From contig NC_057720.1 of assembly GCF_004010195.1 (NCBI RefSeq), positions 33,346,195-33,410,194 of the forward strand: a stretch of 64,000 nt of DNA, read 5' to 3'. Below the pieces are notes generated by a model. The model saw only the letters and a program-made list of their open reading frames with translations. It was not told the origin of the DNA and searched no databases. Of this stretch, positions 1-13,136 are shown piece by piece. Made by a program: the position numbers and the translations under genes. Each line of letters starts with the position of its first letter. Position 1 is the first letter of the stretch. Origin of the DNA: Chiloscyllium plagiosum (Eukaryota).

Positions 1-198
1 TGCTGGAACAGCACAGCAGGTCAGGCAGCATCTAGGGAACAGAAGATTCGACGTTTCGGGCACATGCCCTTCTTCAGGAATGGCATGTGCCCGAAACGTC
101 GAATCTTCTGTTCCCTATATGCTGCCTGACCTGCTGTGCTGTTCCAGCAATAAAGTTTCAGCTTTGATCTCCAGCGTCTGCAGACCTCACTTTCTCCT
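1..198. mobile_element. Palindromic Penelope pLTR-derived element (family A) with minimal hammerhead core on minus strand at 46-81
   Basis: Arms about 1-68 and 82-149 are near-perfect reverse complements; minus strand reads AUUC-CUGAAGA-A-GGGC-AUGU-GCCC-GAAA-CG-UC-GAAU. Confidence 0.8.
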
Positions 199-199
199 C

Positions 200-596
200 G
201 AACAAAACTGAACACAATACTCCAACTGCAACCTTACCAACATCCTGCACAACTGCAACATAACGTCCCACCTTCTAACCTCAATGCCCTGATGCAGGCC
301 AGTGTGCCAACAACCTTCTTCACTGTCCTGTGTATCTGTGACTCAAATTTTAGACAACCATGCACCTGATCTCTAATTTCCTTTGTTACACTACACTCCT
401 TAAGACCCTCTCATTCATTATTAAACTCCTACCTGGATTTGGCTTTCCAAAATGCAAGACGTGACCCTTACTTATGTTAAACTCCACATGTTATTTCTCA
501 GCCCACTTCTGCTGCCGATCAAGGTACTGCTGCAATTTCTGGTAATGTTCCTCATTGGAACCCTCCTATTTTAGTGTCATCTGCAAACTTACTATC
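200..596 (-). mobile_element. Degenerate CR1 LINE ORF2 fragment
   Basis: Minus strand [10 protein letters not shown] motif near 575-595 followed by typical CR1 C-terminal sequence. Confidence 0.75.
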
Positions 597-903
597 CTTC
601 CAGCCCGGCACCGCCTTCCTGGCCTGCAGTCTTCTTCTTGACCTCTCCGCCTCCATCCTACTCCGACCTATCACCCTCACCTTGACCTCTTTCCACCTAT
701 CACATTTCCAACGCCCCTCCTCCAAGTCCCTCCTCCCTACCTTTTATCTTCTCCTGCTGAACACTCTCTGCTCATTCCTGAAGAAGGGCCTGTGCCCGAA
801 ACGTCGAATCTCCTGTTCCCTGGATGCTGCCTGACCTGCTGTGCTGTTCCAGCAATAAAGTTTCAACTTTGATCTCCAGCATCTGCAGACCTCACTTTCT
901 CCT
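597..903 (+). mobile_element. Penelope-like 3' end/pLTR fragment (family A)
   Basis: Pyrimidine-rich stretch that is the reverse complement of 56450-56620, followed by the same module as 82-198. Confidence 0.8.
774..809 (+). ncRNA. Minimal type I hammerhead ribozyme motif, intact core
   Basis: Stem I AUUC/GAAU; CUGAAGA 778-784; stem II GGGC/GCCC; GAAA 798-801; palindromic ACGU in place of stem III; UC cleavage site 804-805. Confidence 0.75.
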
Positions 904-1109
904 GTTCTGTAGTCATTATTGTTATCAAAATATGACCTCAACTCACCATTCCATCTTGTTCTACACTACTTCAACCTTTCTACCTCCTATGGTGAAACTT
1001 ATCTTTGCCAATCATATTTTCCTAGTACTGTGCTGACTTTCAGATCCTCTTTCTTGCCCATCTACATCTTTACCTTATTTTGCCAACCATGCATCTTACT
1101 CTGTCCCTT

Positions 1110-1555
1110 GTAGAGTCATGGAATTATACAGCACAGAAACAGACCCCTCTAGTTTTGGACTCCCTGACCTTGGGGAAAAGACCTTGGCTGTTCACTCTGT
1201 CAATGCCCCTCAGCCTCCAACACTCCGGGGAAAAAAGTTTCAGCTTATTCAGCATCTCTGTACAACTTAAATCCTCCAATCCCGGCAACATCATTACAAA
1301 TCTTTTCTGCATCCTCTTAAATTTAACAACATCTTTCCTCTAGAAGGGCAACCAGAATTGTATGCAGTATTCTAAAACTAACCTCACCTGTGTCCTGTAC
1401 AGTCACAACATGATTCCCTAACTCCTTTATTCAACGATCTGACCAATAAAGACAAGTGTGCCAAATGCTTACGTCACCACTCTGTCTACTTGCAACTCCA
1501 CTTACAAGAACAATGCACCTGCACCCCTAGATCTCTTTGTTCGATAACACTCCCT
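1110..1555 (-). mobile_element. CR1 LINE 3' fragment
   Basis: ORF 1124..1312 QKRFVMMLPGLEDLS...LKLFSPE..RLRG matches the CR1 ORF2 C-terminus. Confidence 0.8.
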
Positions 1556-2629
1556 GATTGAGAAGGAGAATCTCGCCTTGGTATGAGGGATATTTTCAGA
1601 CTGCATCCTTGATCTGAAGGTGATTACTCAGCGATGAACAGGAACTTGCACAAATCCTTCCTAGAATATGTTATTAGATAAACAGCAATCCTGTATTGCT
1701 CAACAATAAATGCTACCATCCTAGGAATTTGTCAAAGCTTAGGAAGCAGGCTACAGGTGTCTTGTACATTTAGCCAATCTGTGTATTTGCTGATGTCTTT
1801 TTCTACTCTCCCTCTAATGATGGTAGCCTTCTATTCATTGGGTCCTCTTGGCATATATGTGGCACTGTAGTGACAAATTCTGGTTGCTGCCTTCTGGAAC
1901 AAATCGCCTTATCTACAGTATCAGTATATCAATATCCAGTGAGCCTTTTATTTGCCATAATTATCCAATATATATAGGCAAAATGAATGATGCCGCATCA
2001 CTTCCTACTACTTGTGAATGCATAATCAGAGCCAATTAACCTTGAGGAATGTGCAATAACAGTTTGCCATGATCCACCACTATCTATAACTATAATGTTT
2101 GCCTTTCTCTGCATTCATTTTTCTACGATACTATGTCTCTTGAATTAAAATTTATTTCTGATGGCTGTATTCAAATCCACAAAGCTCAATGAATTTTCTC
2201 TGAAACCAGCTTTAATGAATATCTTTTCTCCTGCATGCAACTCAATAAAATACTGAGCTAGTTAGAGTCCCTTCCCAAGATGTTCACCCATCAATGAAGG
2301 AATTTTTAGATTTCCCCAAAACTAATTCATTTGGACTGTTGCTCTCAACAATTTGCAGTGAGTACATCACATATACTGACCAGACCAGCATAAACATTGG
2401 TTTACAACTTGGCTAGTCTGTCATGATTTTATGAAACATCTTATCTATTATTATCAAATTTATTTCACCAACTCCATTACTAAAGGGACTTCCCCTCCTG
2501 TATTCATGACTACAAAGTTCAAATTTTCCCACATGTCTTTAAATTCATAATTTGAAAAAATATCACCCATAGTCAATTGAAATCTTAGTTGCTGTGCAAG
2601 ACATGTCCCTATCTATTACATTGACCATG

Positions 2630-3280
2630 GTCATTTTCTTGAGTCTGTTTTCATTGATGAAGTTACAAGGTATTTCCCAGAAGGAGAGATCAAACTGAAT
2701 AGGGAGAATGAGTAGCTGTAGGAAATTAGCATAGTACAAAAGTTGTACTGGAGAAATTAATTGTGTTGCAAATTGAGGGGTCCAAGGACTTAATAGTTTA
2801 CATCCCAGAATGTTTAAGGAAATGGTTATATAAATAGTCAATGCACTGGTAATCATCTTCCAAAATTCCATAGGTTCTGGGATTATTCTTGTAGATTGGA
2901 AACTTCTGAAAAATTTAAGAAAACAGCAAGAGTAAAAAACAGGAAACTATGGGGTAGATGCAGATAAGATGTTTCCTTTGTTTGGGAATCTAATCCCAGG
3001 TTCACAGCTTAAAAATAAAGGAGACGCCACTAAAGACTCAGATAAGAAGAATTTCTTTTCCTCAGAGGGTCATGAATATATGGAATTCTTTATCTCTCTG
3101 GGAGCTCAGTATTTGAGTGTATTTGAAATAATGATTAGTAGATTTTTTTTGGTATCAATGCCATAAAGGTTATGAGGAACAATGTGGGTAAAAGGCATTG
3201 AAGTGTTTGATCAGCCATGATGGTATGAAATGGCAGACAAAATCCACGAATTGAATAGCCTATGCCTGTTCCTATGTTTT
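2630..3280 (+). mobile_element. Highly degenerate CR1 fragments
   Basis: Resembles CR1 SPGPD/HPR region and 3' end seen in other copies in this window. Confidence 0.55.
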
Positions 3281-4900
3281 CTTTACCATATTTAGTGTAA
3301 ATCTAATCACATGGGGATGAGGTGCTGTTTGGAATTTTTTTTTAACCTTAGCTCATATTTCCAATCCATTCCTACAGTGTCTTTAAAGTCTCTTCAATGT
3401 GATATTTGTTTGGCGTACTTTGTTTTATATATGTCACACTTATCACTGATCTCTTCTATAAGATTAGTGTACTTATCTCTTCTATAAGATTAGTGTACTT
3501 ACTGTTTCTTCTGCCTCTTTCGATCAGAATTTTAATGGGTGAGATGGATAGGGAAACTGCTGATATAACTTTAAAACAATTGGTCCATTTAAGCACCTAT
3601 CCACTAATGCCATTAACACTTCTTTAGTATTTTCATCACAGAAGTTAGGTCTCTTTAAAGGGCTAATGTCAAGATTATGAACTGCAAATCCATTGGCTTC
3701 CCAAAAGGAACTGCCCTGTTGTAATCCGCACTCAGTTTACTTGGTTTATCTTTTCTAGAGTAGCTTGCTGAACAGAAAGGTTATTTCATTTGACACCACA
3801 TCTGTGCAGATAAAATGAATTACACCTGCTATTGTATATGAAATGACCACTTTTGGTCATTTAGAACATGGTCATCCCAAATATAGAGCATGAAGAACTC
3901 TTGAATCCCTAATCCTTACTTTGATCATTATTATTTAGAGAATCTAGGTAAATTACTCTAAAATTTCTTCCAGCTTTCTAAACTACCAAAATCTGACTAT
4001 GTTTCACGTGCATTTAATAGGTTATCTTCCTTATAAATTTTGAACATAAATTTGAATAGAATTTCCAAATTTTCCTCAGTGTCCAATTGTTAAGGCTTCA
4101 GCACAGAGGATACTTTATATCTGCTTTTGCTTCTAATAGAAAATGACAGAGTTAAAGCCATGTCCTCCTTTCATTTTTTTTCCATTGATCACAAGCTCCA
4201 GCTTCACAAAACATTGGGAAGTTATTTCCAAATATTTTAGACTAGGTCTCAGTCATTGTTCTCTAAAGTAACTCCAATTGCAATTTTCTACGATAAAGAA
4301 TTCTTAATTCCCAAACCCTACCTTTAGGCACCTATCCTCTCTAATACTCTCCAATTCAAGTAGTAAGGTTAAAACCCAAGATACATACAGATATTCTTTG
4401 TGGAGAGAATTTATTGGCTTTCTCAGTCTTATCCCTCTTAGCCACTTAAAAATAAAGCACCGTGGATACTGGAAATCTGGAATAAAACCAGAAAATGCAA
4501 GAGAAATTTAGCAAGCCGGTCAAGATTGGTGGAGAAAGAAACAAAGTTTACTCTTCAAGTCCAATATGACCCATCTTCGAAACTTTCAGGACTTTTGTTA
4601 TGGACCAGGCCAAGCCCCCTCAAAATATTAGCCCAGACCCTAACTTTGCTAGTTGTTTTAAGCAAGTGTACAATGGATACTCCAGGAGAGATGCCCCTGG
4701 TTCAACCATGTAATTTTAAACAAAACAGAATTTATTTGCAAGATTATTGAATGAAACACAAACAACAGAAACTCGAATAACTAAACATCTTTGAAAACCC
4801 AGCAGATCATGCCAATTTAATGATGCTGTTGCAAATACTTGCAAAAATCCCCACAAACACCCTTTGACACAAAAGGTAAAATCAAACAGGTTCTTACAGT

Positions 4901-5886
4901 TCAAAGTTTGTGAGAAGATTTGTAGCTCGGGTGCTCGTTGCTGTGGTTCTGTTCGCCGAGCTGGAAGGTTTTGTTGCAAACATTTCGTCCCCTGTCTAAG
5001 TGACATCCTCAGTGCTTGGGAGCTTCCTGTGAAGCGCTTCTGTGGTGTTTCCTCCGGCATTTATAGTGGCCTGTCCCTGCCGCTTCCAGTTGTCAGTTTC
5101 AGCTGTCCGCTGTAGTGGCCGATATATTGGGTCCAGGTCGATGTGTTTGTTGATGGAGTTTGTGGATGAGTGCCATGCTTCTAGGAATTCCCTGGCTGTT
5201 CTTTGTTTCGCTTGCCCTATAATGGTAGTGTTGTCCCACTCGAATTCATGTTGCTTGTCGTCTGCATGTGTGGCTACTAAGGATAGCTGGTCGTGGCATT
5301 TCTGTGGTGTAAAATTCCAAGCAGTGGAATGTGGTGAAACGGTTAAAAATTATGTCCCAATACATGTGTGAATCATAATGTAACACATGTATTGGGCCAA
5401 GCAGTGGAATGTGGTGAAAGGGTTAAAATTGTGTCCCAATACATGTGTGAATCTAACTGGAATGGAGGTGTTGCTTAGTCCCGTGTGAATCTTATTACAC
5501 ACCTCCCCGTGTGAATCTTCTTATCTGTATGTAACCAGTATGGAATGTGTTTTTTAGCCTTGCTCTGCTGTTCACATGAATGTTTATATCTGGAAAAGAG
5601 TATATCAGCTGGAAAAGTCTCCAGTTCGGTGAGTCTGCTCCGGGGTTACGTTTAACCGCCGAGCGTGGGTTGTTGGCAACCGCTCTACGAGAACTGACGG
5701 CTCCCAGTTCCGGTAACATGTAGAGTGAGTATAAGCCAGACCCGTTGGTTGTGGCGACGCTGCGGGGAATAAAATGCTCATATTCTAGCAGACTCGCCTC
5801 TTGGTCGTTTGTTCTGTGTCAGACTACTCTCCTACGAACCTGACCTTGAGAATTTTTTAAAACACTCGGCGAACAGAACCACAGCA
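4901..5886 (-). mobile_element. Penelope-like element 3' fragment (GIY-YIG C-terminus plus hammerhead-like motif) with inverted terminal piece
   Basis: Minus strand HADDKQHEFEWDNTTIIGQAKQRTAREFLEAWHS..INKHIDLDPIY; CUGAGGA...GAAA core near 4975-5015; 4939-4960 is the exact reverse complement of 5865-5886; 14-bp direct repeat caggttcttacagt at 4887-4900 and 5885-5898. Confidence 0.8.
5303..5864 (+). mobile_element. Probable solo LTR nested in the Penelope fragment
   Basis: TGT...ACA termini with imperfect 15-bp inverted repeat; AATAAA at 5768; internal tandem duplication of about 57 bp (5317-5374, 5397-5453); CpG-rich; no clear TSD. Confidence 0.6.
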
Positions 5887-6940
5887 GGTTCTTACAGTAT
5901 AGAAGTCAGAGAGAGAGTACCAGCCTGCACCTGCTTCTGTGGGTCCAACAGCTTTTTCTATACTACTGCTAGAAACCAAAACCAGAGAAAAGCTGAATTG
6001 GGAGAGCTGACAATCCCCCTTTCATTGTACATGTGTTTTTATTTTAAACTTGAAAGCATTTTGCCTGAGGCAGCATCTGTTAGCTACTATCAAATTGGCC
6101 CTAAAATCCTTCAGCCTCAGACTTTTCAAAGTCTATGCTGTTTACAATCTCACTCCAAAGAAAAGACCAAAGACTGCATAACCTTGTTAAAGCAGCAGCT
6201 GCATCACACTTTCTTCAACATTTTTGGTTTTTATTTCTCTCAGTCCACTCCTAGCTTCACAACTGCTCCCTATTTAATTCTGATGAAAGGTATATAATTT
6301 ATATTTATTAATATCATTTTTGGAATTTCAATTTCAATATAGAGATAGATGAGTGCTGGTTACTTCTGTGAAGACTTTTCTTTAAAAGAAAAACACAGTT
6401 AAAGGCTGTTTCCAGAATAGTGACTTATTAGAAGCACTTGTTAGAAAGCAAATGGTAAAAACCCATGCTGCTCATGGGAATGTTTATACTGTTGGGTTAT
6501 GACAGGAAGGGTAAGTATGCAAAGCCATTAACTTGTTTTCTGTTCATAAGAATCCACAATACAGCCAACTTTCTAATGTAGCCATAGAGTCACAGAGATG
6601 ATACAGCACAGAAACAGACACCAGTCCAACTCATCCATGCTGACCAGATATCCTAACCTAATCTAGTCCCATTTGCCAGCACTTGGCCCATATCCCTCCA
6701 AACCCTTTCTATTCATATACCCATCCAGATGCCTTTTAAATGCTGTAAGTGTACTAGCCTCTATCACTTCCTCTGGCAGCTCATTCCAAACACGCATCAC
6801 CCTCTGCATGAAAAGGTTGCCTCTTAGGTCTATTTTAATTTTTTTTCCTCTCACTCTAAACCTATGCCCTCCAATTCCGGATTCCCCCTCCCCAGGAAAA
6901 AGACCTTGTCTATTTACCCTATTCATATCCCTCATGATTT

Positions 6941-8052
6941 TGGATAGTCAACATTGTTTCGTCAAGGACAGGTCGTGTCTCACAAACCTCATTGAGCTTT
7001 TTGAGAAGGTGACCAAGCATGTAGATCAGGGTAGGGTAGTTAACGTGGTATACATGGACTTCAGTAAAGCCTTTGATAAGGTTCCACATGGTAGGCTGCT
7101 AGAGAAAATGCAGAGGCATGGGATTGAGGGTGATTTAGCAGTCTGGATTAGAAACTGGCTTTCTGAAAGAATGCAGCAAGTGGTGGTTGATGGAAAATAT
7201 TCAGCCTGGAGTCCAGTTACTAACGGTGTGCCACAAGGATCTGTTTTGGGTCCACTGCTGTTTATCATTTTTATAAATGACTTAGACACAGGCATGGGTG
7301 GATGGATTAGTAAATTTGCTGACGACACTAAAGTCAGTGGATTAGTGGACAGTTTGGAAGAGTGTTACAGGTTGCAGGGGGACTTGGATAATTGCAGAAT
7401 TGGGCTGAGAGGTGGCAAATGGAGTTCAATGCAGCTAAATGTGAGGTGATGCACTTTGGGAAGAATAACAGGAAGGCAGAATACTGGGTCAATGGAAAGA
7501 TTCTTGGTAGTGTGGATGTGCAGAGGGATGTTGGAGTCCATATACATAGATCCCTGAAAGTTGCCACCCAAGTGGATAGTGCTGTTAAGAAGGCTGTTAG
7601 GTTTCATTCGTAGAGGGATTGAGTTCNNNNNNNNNNNNNNNNNNNNNNNNNNNNNNNAGACTTGGGTCTGTTCTCATTGGAGAGAAGAAGGCTAAGAGGG
7701 AATTTGATAGAGACATACAAGATGATCAGAGGATTAGATAGGGTAGACAGTGATAGTCTTTTTCCTAGATGATGATGTAAGCTTGTATGAGAGGGCATAA
7801 CCATAAATTGAGGGGTGATAGATTTAAGACAGATGTCAGAGGCAGGTTCTTTATGCAGAGAGTGGTAAGGGCGTGGAATGCCCTCCCTGCTAATGCCATT
7901 AACTCAGCCACATTAGGGAGATTTAAACAATCCTTGGATAAGCACATGGATTATTTTGGGATAGTGTAGGGGGACGAGCTGAGAATAGTTCACAGGTCGG
8001 CGCAACATCGAGGGCCAAAGGGCCTGTTCTGCGCTGTATTGTTCTATGTTCT
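6941..8052 (+). mobile_element. 5'-truncated CR1 LINE (RT domain to 3' tail)
   Basis: [24 protein letters not shown] and KFADD motifs; ttctatg tail repeat. Confidence 0.9.
7627..7657. other. Assembly gap (31 N)
   Basis: Run of n characters inside a CR1 copy. Confidence 1.
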
Positions 8053-8349
8053 ATGATTTCATAAACCTCTATAAGGTCACTCCTCAGCCTCTGATGCTCC
8101 AGGGAAAACAACCCCAGCCTATTCAGCCTCTCCCTTTAGTTCAAATCCTCCAATCCTGGCAACATCCTTGTAAATCTTTTCTGAACCTTTTCAAGTTTCA
8201 CAACATCCTTCTGATAATAAAGGCAAGCATACTAAATGCCTTCTACTCTATCCTGTCTAGCTGCCATCTGGAAGACACCAGATTTGAGGCCAGAAGTAAG
8301 TAGTGTAGCTCCTAGGAGGAGTTCAGGGTAGCTTTTCTTTATTAAAAAA

Positions 8350-8560
8350 AAATCATTAATTGGATGAGGTTGTCACTGGCTATGTCAGCAGATACTGTTG
8401 ATCCCCAGGTACCCTTGAGAAAGTGGTGGTGAGCTGTCTTCCTGAACTGCTGCAGTCCACATGCTATCGGTAGATGCATAATGCCATAGGGAGGGAACAT
8501 CAGGACTTTGACCCAGCAACACTGAAGAAACAACGATTTATTTCTAGCTGTCAGTTCTGC
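8350..8560 (-). mobile_element. Degenerate L2-like 3' tail fragment
   Basis: ccttgagaaagtggtggtgagctgtcttcctgaactgctgcagtcc resembles a common shark LINE/SINE tail; recognised from memory only. Confidence 0.4.
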
Positions 8561-9295
8561 TACAGCATACATTTCTTCAATATGAATTGGCTGTGATGCA
8601 ACTGAAGAACTTAAACTATTATTTGTAAAGTGTGAACTTTCCTTACCTGTATTGGCTATAGCACATTTCCGGTCCCATTGGTTTAAATGGTGCTGCTATT
8701 ACATGATTTTCTTATAATGCAGGATCACACACAAACAGAACTATTGCGTTATATCAGAATAGCCTGCATGTGATAAATTCAATACATGGTTCAGTCAACC
8801 TGTTCCCTGAGCAGAAGTTTGTGAAACTTCCAAACAGAAATGTGCTGGTTATTTAAGCTGAGAAAGTTTAGGCTGTCAGATTTGTGAAAAGCTCATGTCA
8901 GCAGACTTAGAAAGGAAGCATCAAATTGACACCACAAACCATGTGAAAGAAGCTGTCAGGAGCCAGTTAAGTAGCAACTCTAAAAAGTTGAGACAGGGAT
9001 ATAATTTCTCTGGATTTGAGTCTCTATAATAGATAGCATCAGGAAACAAATTAGAACCTTGTTTTACTGTATGTTTTGCAATTTTTAATTGTCTTCTGTA
9101 TTTGGATTGTGTTTTATTTCATTTTTTGTGGAATAAATTCCTGTTCTGTTGGTGAAGAAAACCTGCAACCTCATGAATATGTCTATGACAAACCATTATG
9201 TTGACTAACTCACAAAAAGAAGATGTTCTATCAAATCAGGTTTCTCTCTGGAGTCTGACTTGTCCACTGGTGCCATCAGCTGGGACATATTATCT
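8560..9295 (+). mobile_element. Possible old solo LTR
   Basis: AATAAA at 9132; 9220-9295 resembles the reverse complement of 17259-17290 joined to 17485-17520; left boundary uncertain. Confidence 0.4.
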
Positions 9296-9324
9296 AATGA
9301 ACCTGTTCAGCTATGTTATTACAC

Positions 9325-9611
9325 TGTGGTAAAACCAATGACTGCAGATGCTTGAAACCAGATTCTGGATTAGTGGTGCTGGAAGAGCACAGCAGTTCAG
9401 GCAGCATCCAAGGAGCTTCGAAATCGACGTTTCGGGCAAAAGCCCTTCATCAGGAATAAAGGCAGTGAGCCTGGAGCGTGGAGAGATAAGCTAGAAGAGG
9501 ATGGGGGGTGGGAGAAAGTAGCATAGAGTACAATGGGTGAGTGGGGGAGGGAATGAAACTCCTTGGATGCTGCCTGAACCGCTGTGCTCTTCCAGCACCA
9601 CTAATCCAGAA
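9325..9611. mobile_element. Palindromic Penelope pLTR element (family A) with intact minus-strand hammerhead core at 9422-9457
   Basis: Arms 9362-9415 and 9559-9611; 13-bp TSD tatgttattacac at 9312-9324 and 9612-9624. Confidence 0.85.
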
Positions 9612-9809
9612 TATGTTATTACACAGCTCTGCAGCAGGTTGGACTTGAACCCAGGCCTCCATGACTCAGGGGTAGGGACACTATCACTGCATCACAAGAG
9701 CCCCCCAAATATCAGCTGGCATCATAACACAAGTAATAGCCAGTAACTGTTTCCCCTAAACTTACATAAATCCATTCACCACATTGACAATGTGACGAAC
9801 CAGACGCAT

Positions 9810-10090
9810 GGGCGGCACGGTGGCACAGTGGTTAGCACTGCTGCCTCACAGCACCAGAGACCTGGGTTCAATTCCCGCCTCAGGCAACTATCTGTGTGGA
9901 GTGTGCACATTCTCCCCATGTCTGCACGGGTTTCCTCCTGTTTCCTCCACAGTCCAAAAATGTGTAGGTTAGGTGAATTGGCCATGCTAAATTGCCCGTA
10001 ATATTAGGTGCAGGGGAATGGGTCTGGGTAGGTTGCTCTTTGGAGCGTTGTTGGGCTGAAGGGCCTGTTTCCACACTGTAAGTAATCTAA
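9810..10090 (+). mobile_element. HE1-type tRNA-derived SINE
   Basis: gggcggcacggtggcacagtggttagc head with A/B boxes (ggttcaattcc); CR1-like tail gaagggcctgtttccacactgt; (taatc) repeat. Confidence 0.9.
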
Positions 10091-10439
10091 AAAAAACCAG
10101 TAATCAGTTTGGAGGCTCCTATGCCCTTGTTGGATTGATACTGCGAAATCTGGAATCAATACCAATGACTCCTGAGGCCTTTTGACAGTGAACCACTCAC
10201 ACTGCCCATGGTGGGTTCTGTCCTGCTGGTGAGACAGGATATGCCTCGGCATGGTGATGATGATATCTGGATCCTACTCATATCAAAGAATCAGATAGTA
10301 CAAACAATGACAGGCTGTTGTTTAACTAGTTTGTGGCACAGCCAATTTTGGCATGGGGAGAGTCAACAGGGCTGGGTTTGACATTGTTTTGTTTCTGGAG
10401 CTTAGATTAATGCAGGGTAGTCAATCCAGTTTCACTTTT

Positions 10440-10548
10440 TGCCCAAAACGTAGATTCTCCAGCTCTGCAGATGCTGCCTGACCTCTGTGCTTTTCCAGCA
10501 CCACACTCTCGTCTGATCTCCAGCATCTGCAGTCCTCACTTTCTCCTA
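10440..10548 (+). mobile_element. Truncated family A pLTR fragment
   Basis: Matches 794-903 with a degenerate ribozyme half. Confidence 0.65.
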
Positions 10549-11090
10549 CATCTGGAATATTGCGTGCAGTTCTGATTGCCACACTACCAGAAGGATGTGG
10601 ATGCTTTGGAGAGGGTGCAGAGCAAGTTTACCACAACGTTGCCTGGTCTGAAGGGTTTTAGTTATGAGATGAGATTGGATAAATTCAGATTGTTTTCACT
10701 GGAAAGATGGAGGCCGAGGGGCAGCCTGATAGAGGTCTACAAAATTATGAGAGGCATAGATAGGGTGGATAATCAGAGACTTAATCCCAGAGTGGAAGGG
10801 TCAACTACAAGACGGCATCGGTTCAAGGTGAGTGGGGGAATATTTAGGGGAGAGGTGCAGAGAAAACTCACCCAGAGGGTAGTGGCTGCCTGGAATGCAC
10901 TTTCAGTGGAGGTGGTAGAAGCAGGCACTTTAGCAATGTTTAAAGTGTATCTTGATAGACACATGAACATGAGGCGAACAGAAGCATGGATACCACATAT
11001 GGTTAATAACTCGTGGTTCTAAATAAGGAGTAGGAATCAACGCAGGCTTGGTGGGCCAAAGGCCCTGATCCTATGCTGTATTGTGTTGTA
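10549..11090 (+). mobile_element. CR1 3' fragment
   Basis: ORF 10576..11022 is the CR1 ORF2 C-terminus. Confidence 0.85.
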
Positions 11091-13136
11091 TATAGCAAAC
11101 AAAGTAAAGCCATTGTGTTACCACAAATTTTGTTCTTTTGTAACTGTCTATTTTATTCCTGAACCACTTTCTTAGGTTGATTTTGGTAAAGTAAATAAGA
11201 AGGATAGGGAACAAGAGGAGACTTCAGTTTAAGATATTTCACACAGAATGGAAGAGTAAGATATCTTTTCATGGAAACATTTGCAGTCTCAGTGTTGAAG
11301 GAATCTGATTAAAGTCACAATGAAATTCTAAGGGGTGAGACTTGTGGTTTTTTTTGGTTGTGTCAGGTTCCTTGTATTTCACAGAAGGTTTCTCCCTGTG
11401 AGGCCTACAAATACTCTCACATCTTGCAAAACTCACTCATCTTTTAGCATTCCTTTTGTCTGATTCTAGAATCATTCTACCACCCAGGACACCCAGAACA
11501 ATTCTCCATCGCTGGGACACCCCTGAACAGAGTGGCATCCTGACATCGGAGCCATCCTTAATGGCAATTGTTCGTGAGCACTGTTAGTGTGGCCCTGTCC
11601 TGCATGGCTCCTGACATGGCAGAGAAGGGAAAACTGGCATCTCATTTTGCAGGCAGGTCCTGGTGAATGGGGTGAAACAAAGTAGGATGATCACTTGCCC
11701 TGAACCACAGAGAAGGCCATGTCTCCAGCTCATGCCAACTTAGTCCAAGGTTGGCACCTGGGTCAGTGTAGTCTCAGCTGTCTAGAGGAATACACAGCAA
11801 TGTCAATGACCTTCTCCATTCCGCCAATATCAGTGGCACTATCTTCTCTCCAATACTTTACCCTCACTCGCTTTCTACTCCTGCAAACAACTTTAAAGGC
11901 CCAAACCAACTCCTGACACCACTAACACTGCATGCACCTCTCTGCTGTCTACTCACATGCTCAGGACACTTACTCATTTGTACCCCAAGCTGTGCCATCG
12001 TCTTTCATCTCCCTTAATATCTCCCTCTCTTTTTCCAGGATGAAAACAGACCCCTATAGGGCAGAAAGAGTCAAGATGGGTGATGGGTTGCCTGACAATT
12101 GCCTCCTCATCCTGAGTGGAGAAAATCTTGACTCAGACTGCCTTGAGTGATTGACTGACCGTGTTCAATCTCCTGGACTGGTATCAGAGGCTGTCGTTGA
12201 CTTACTGTGCTGGGGCTCTCTGACTGAAGGTTATTTTCCTTTACTTGACTGAGGGCTAATGACCACTATGACCAGCTTTCTGACTAAATGGCAAAGGTAT
12301 CCAACAGTACTGTGAACCCGGTATCTTTGGCTGAGGGGAAAGGCACAAAAAAGGGAGGACAAAGTAATGCAAGGCAGGGATGCTGTGACCATCCAGGTAG
12401 GCTCAAAGTGAGTGAGTGCTCAGAAAATAAGCAAACAGCCCAGAGGTGGAGTCTGATCCAGTGCAGAAGCTTGATGAGAGTTTCTGAGGACAAAGTTTCC
12501 TTTCTGCAGCATTATAATTGTCATTACCGGTGCACCCTGAGGTGTATCATTGAGGTGCAGAAGCATCCTGTCGGTAGACCAGTGATGTGCTATGAGGGTT
12601 CTCAGAGACTGGCACATGAGATGCCAGTATCAAGCTCAGTGTCCTTGGAACATGCTCTGAGATGCTGTTGCTTGCTCACCAATAAGAAGGCTCCTCATAG
12701 CCGGCAGTGAACTGAAATTGCCAGGTGCCCACTCTGATTTCCATGTGAAGAATTCTTAGCATTGAATGTGCTCACTGCGGGTGGTAAGACAGAAAGCTGT
12801 ATATTATTGAAGTGAGATCTACACTCAATAATGTCATAAACAAGCAAGAATTCCCCTTAATATGCAACTCACTGCTACTTCATGAGAATTTTATTTTGAT
12901 ACCCAGAACTGCCATTTGTGACTAATACAAATTTCAAACTGTATATCCTCGAACTGTCCATAACCATTAACAACATTGACGAAATTTCTGTCCTCCGATA
13001 TTTGTTGTCCAGTTGGTTGCAACTGCGTTGATTTAGTTCCATTGCTTTATAATATCCATTCATTACCAGAAAACCACCTGCAATACCTTTTCTTCCAGTT
13101 CCCACAGGACTACCTCTGGTGTACCCAAAGAACCTT

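Larger units (their letters stand above)
4596..6208 (-). mobile_element. Solo LTR interrupted by nested insertions at 4901-5884
   Basis: Termini TGTTATG...CATCACA (imperfect inverted repeat); 4-bp TSD CTTT at 4592-4595 and 6209-6212; AATAAA on minus strand near 4731. Confidence 0.7.
6585..8255 (-). mobile_element. CR1 3' fragment split by a second CR1 (pieces 6585-6940 and 8060-8255)
   Basis: ORFs 6663..6935 and 7923..8111 give contiguous CR1 C-terminal sequence; atgattt duplicated at 6934-6940 and 8053-8059. Confidence 0.8.

Noticed and set aside
3455..3501. Short tandem duplication ctataagattagtgtactta; also (atgaat)n near 23897-23920
   Set aside because: Ordinary slippage duplications
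5317..5453. Direct repeats with spacer, superficially CRISPR-like
   Set aside because: Only two units of about 57 bp inside an LTR-like element in eukaryotic DNA; no cas genes
6673..7449. Longest ORF in the window (258 aa) with RT motifs
   Set aside because: Chance chimera: the first third is the antisense of one CR1 and the rest is a second CR1 inserted at 6941; not a gene
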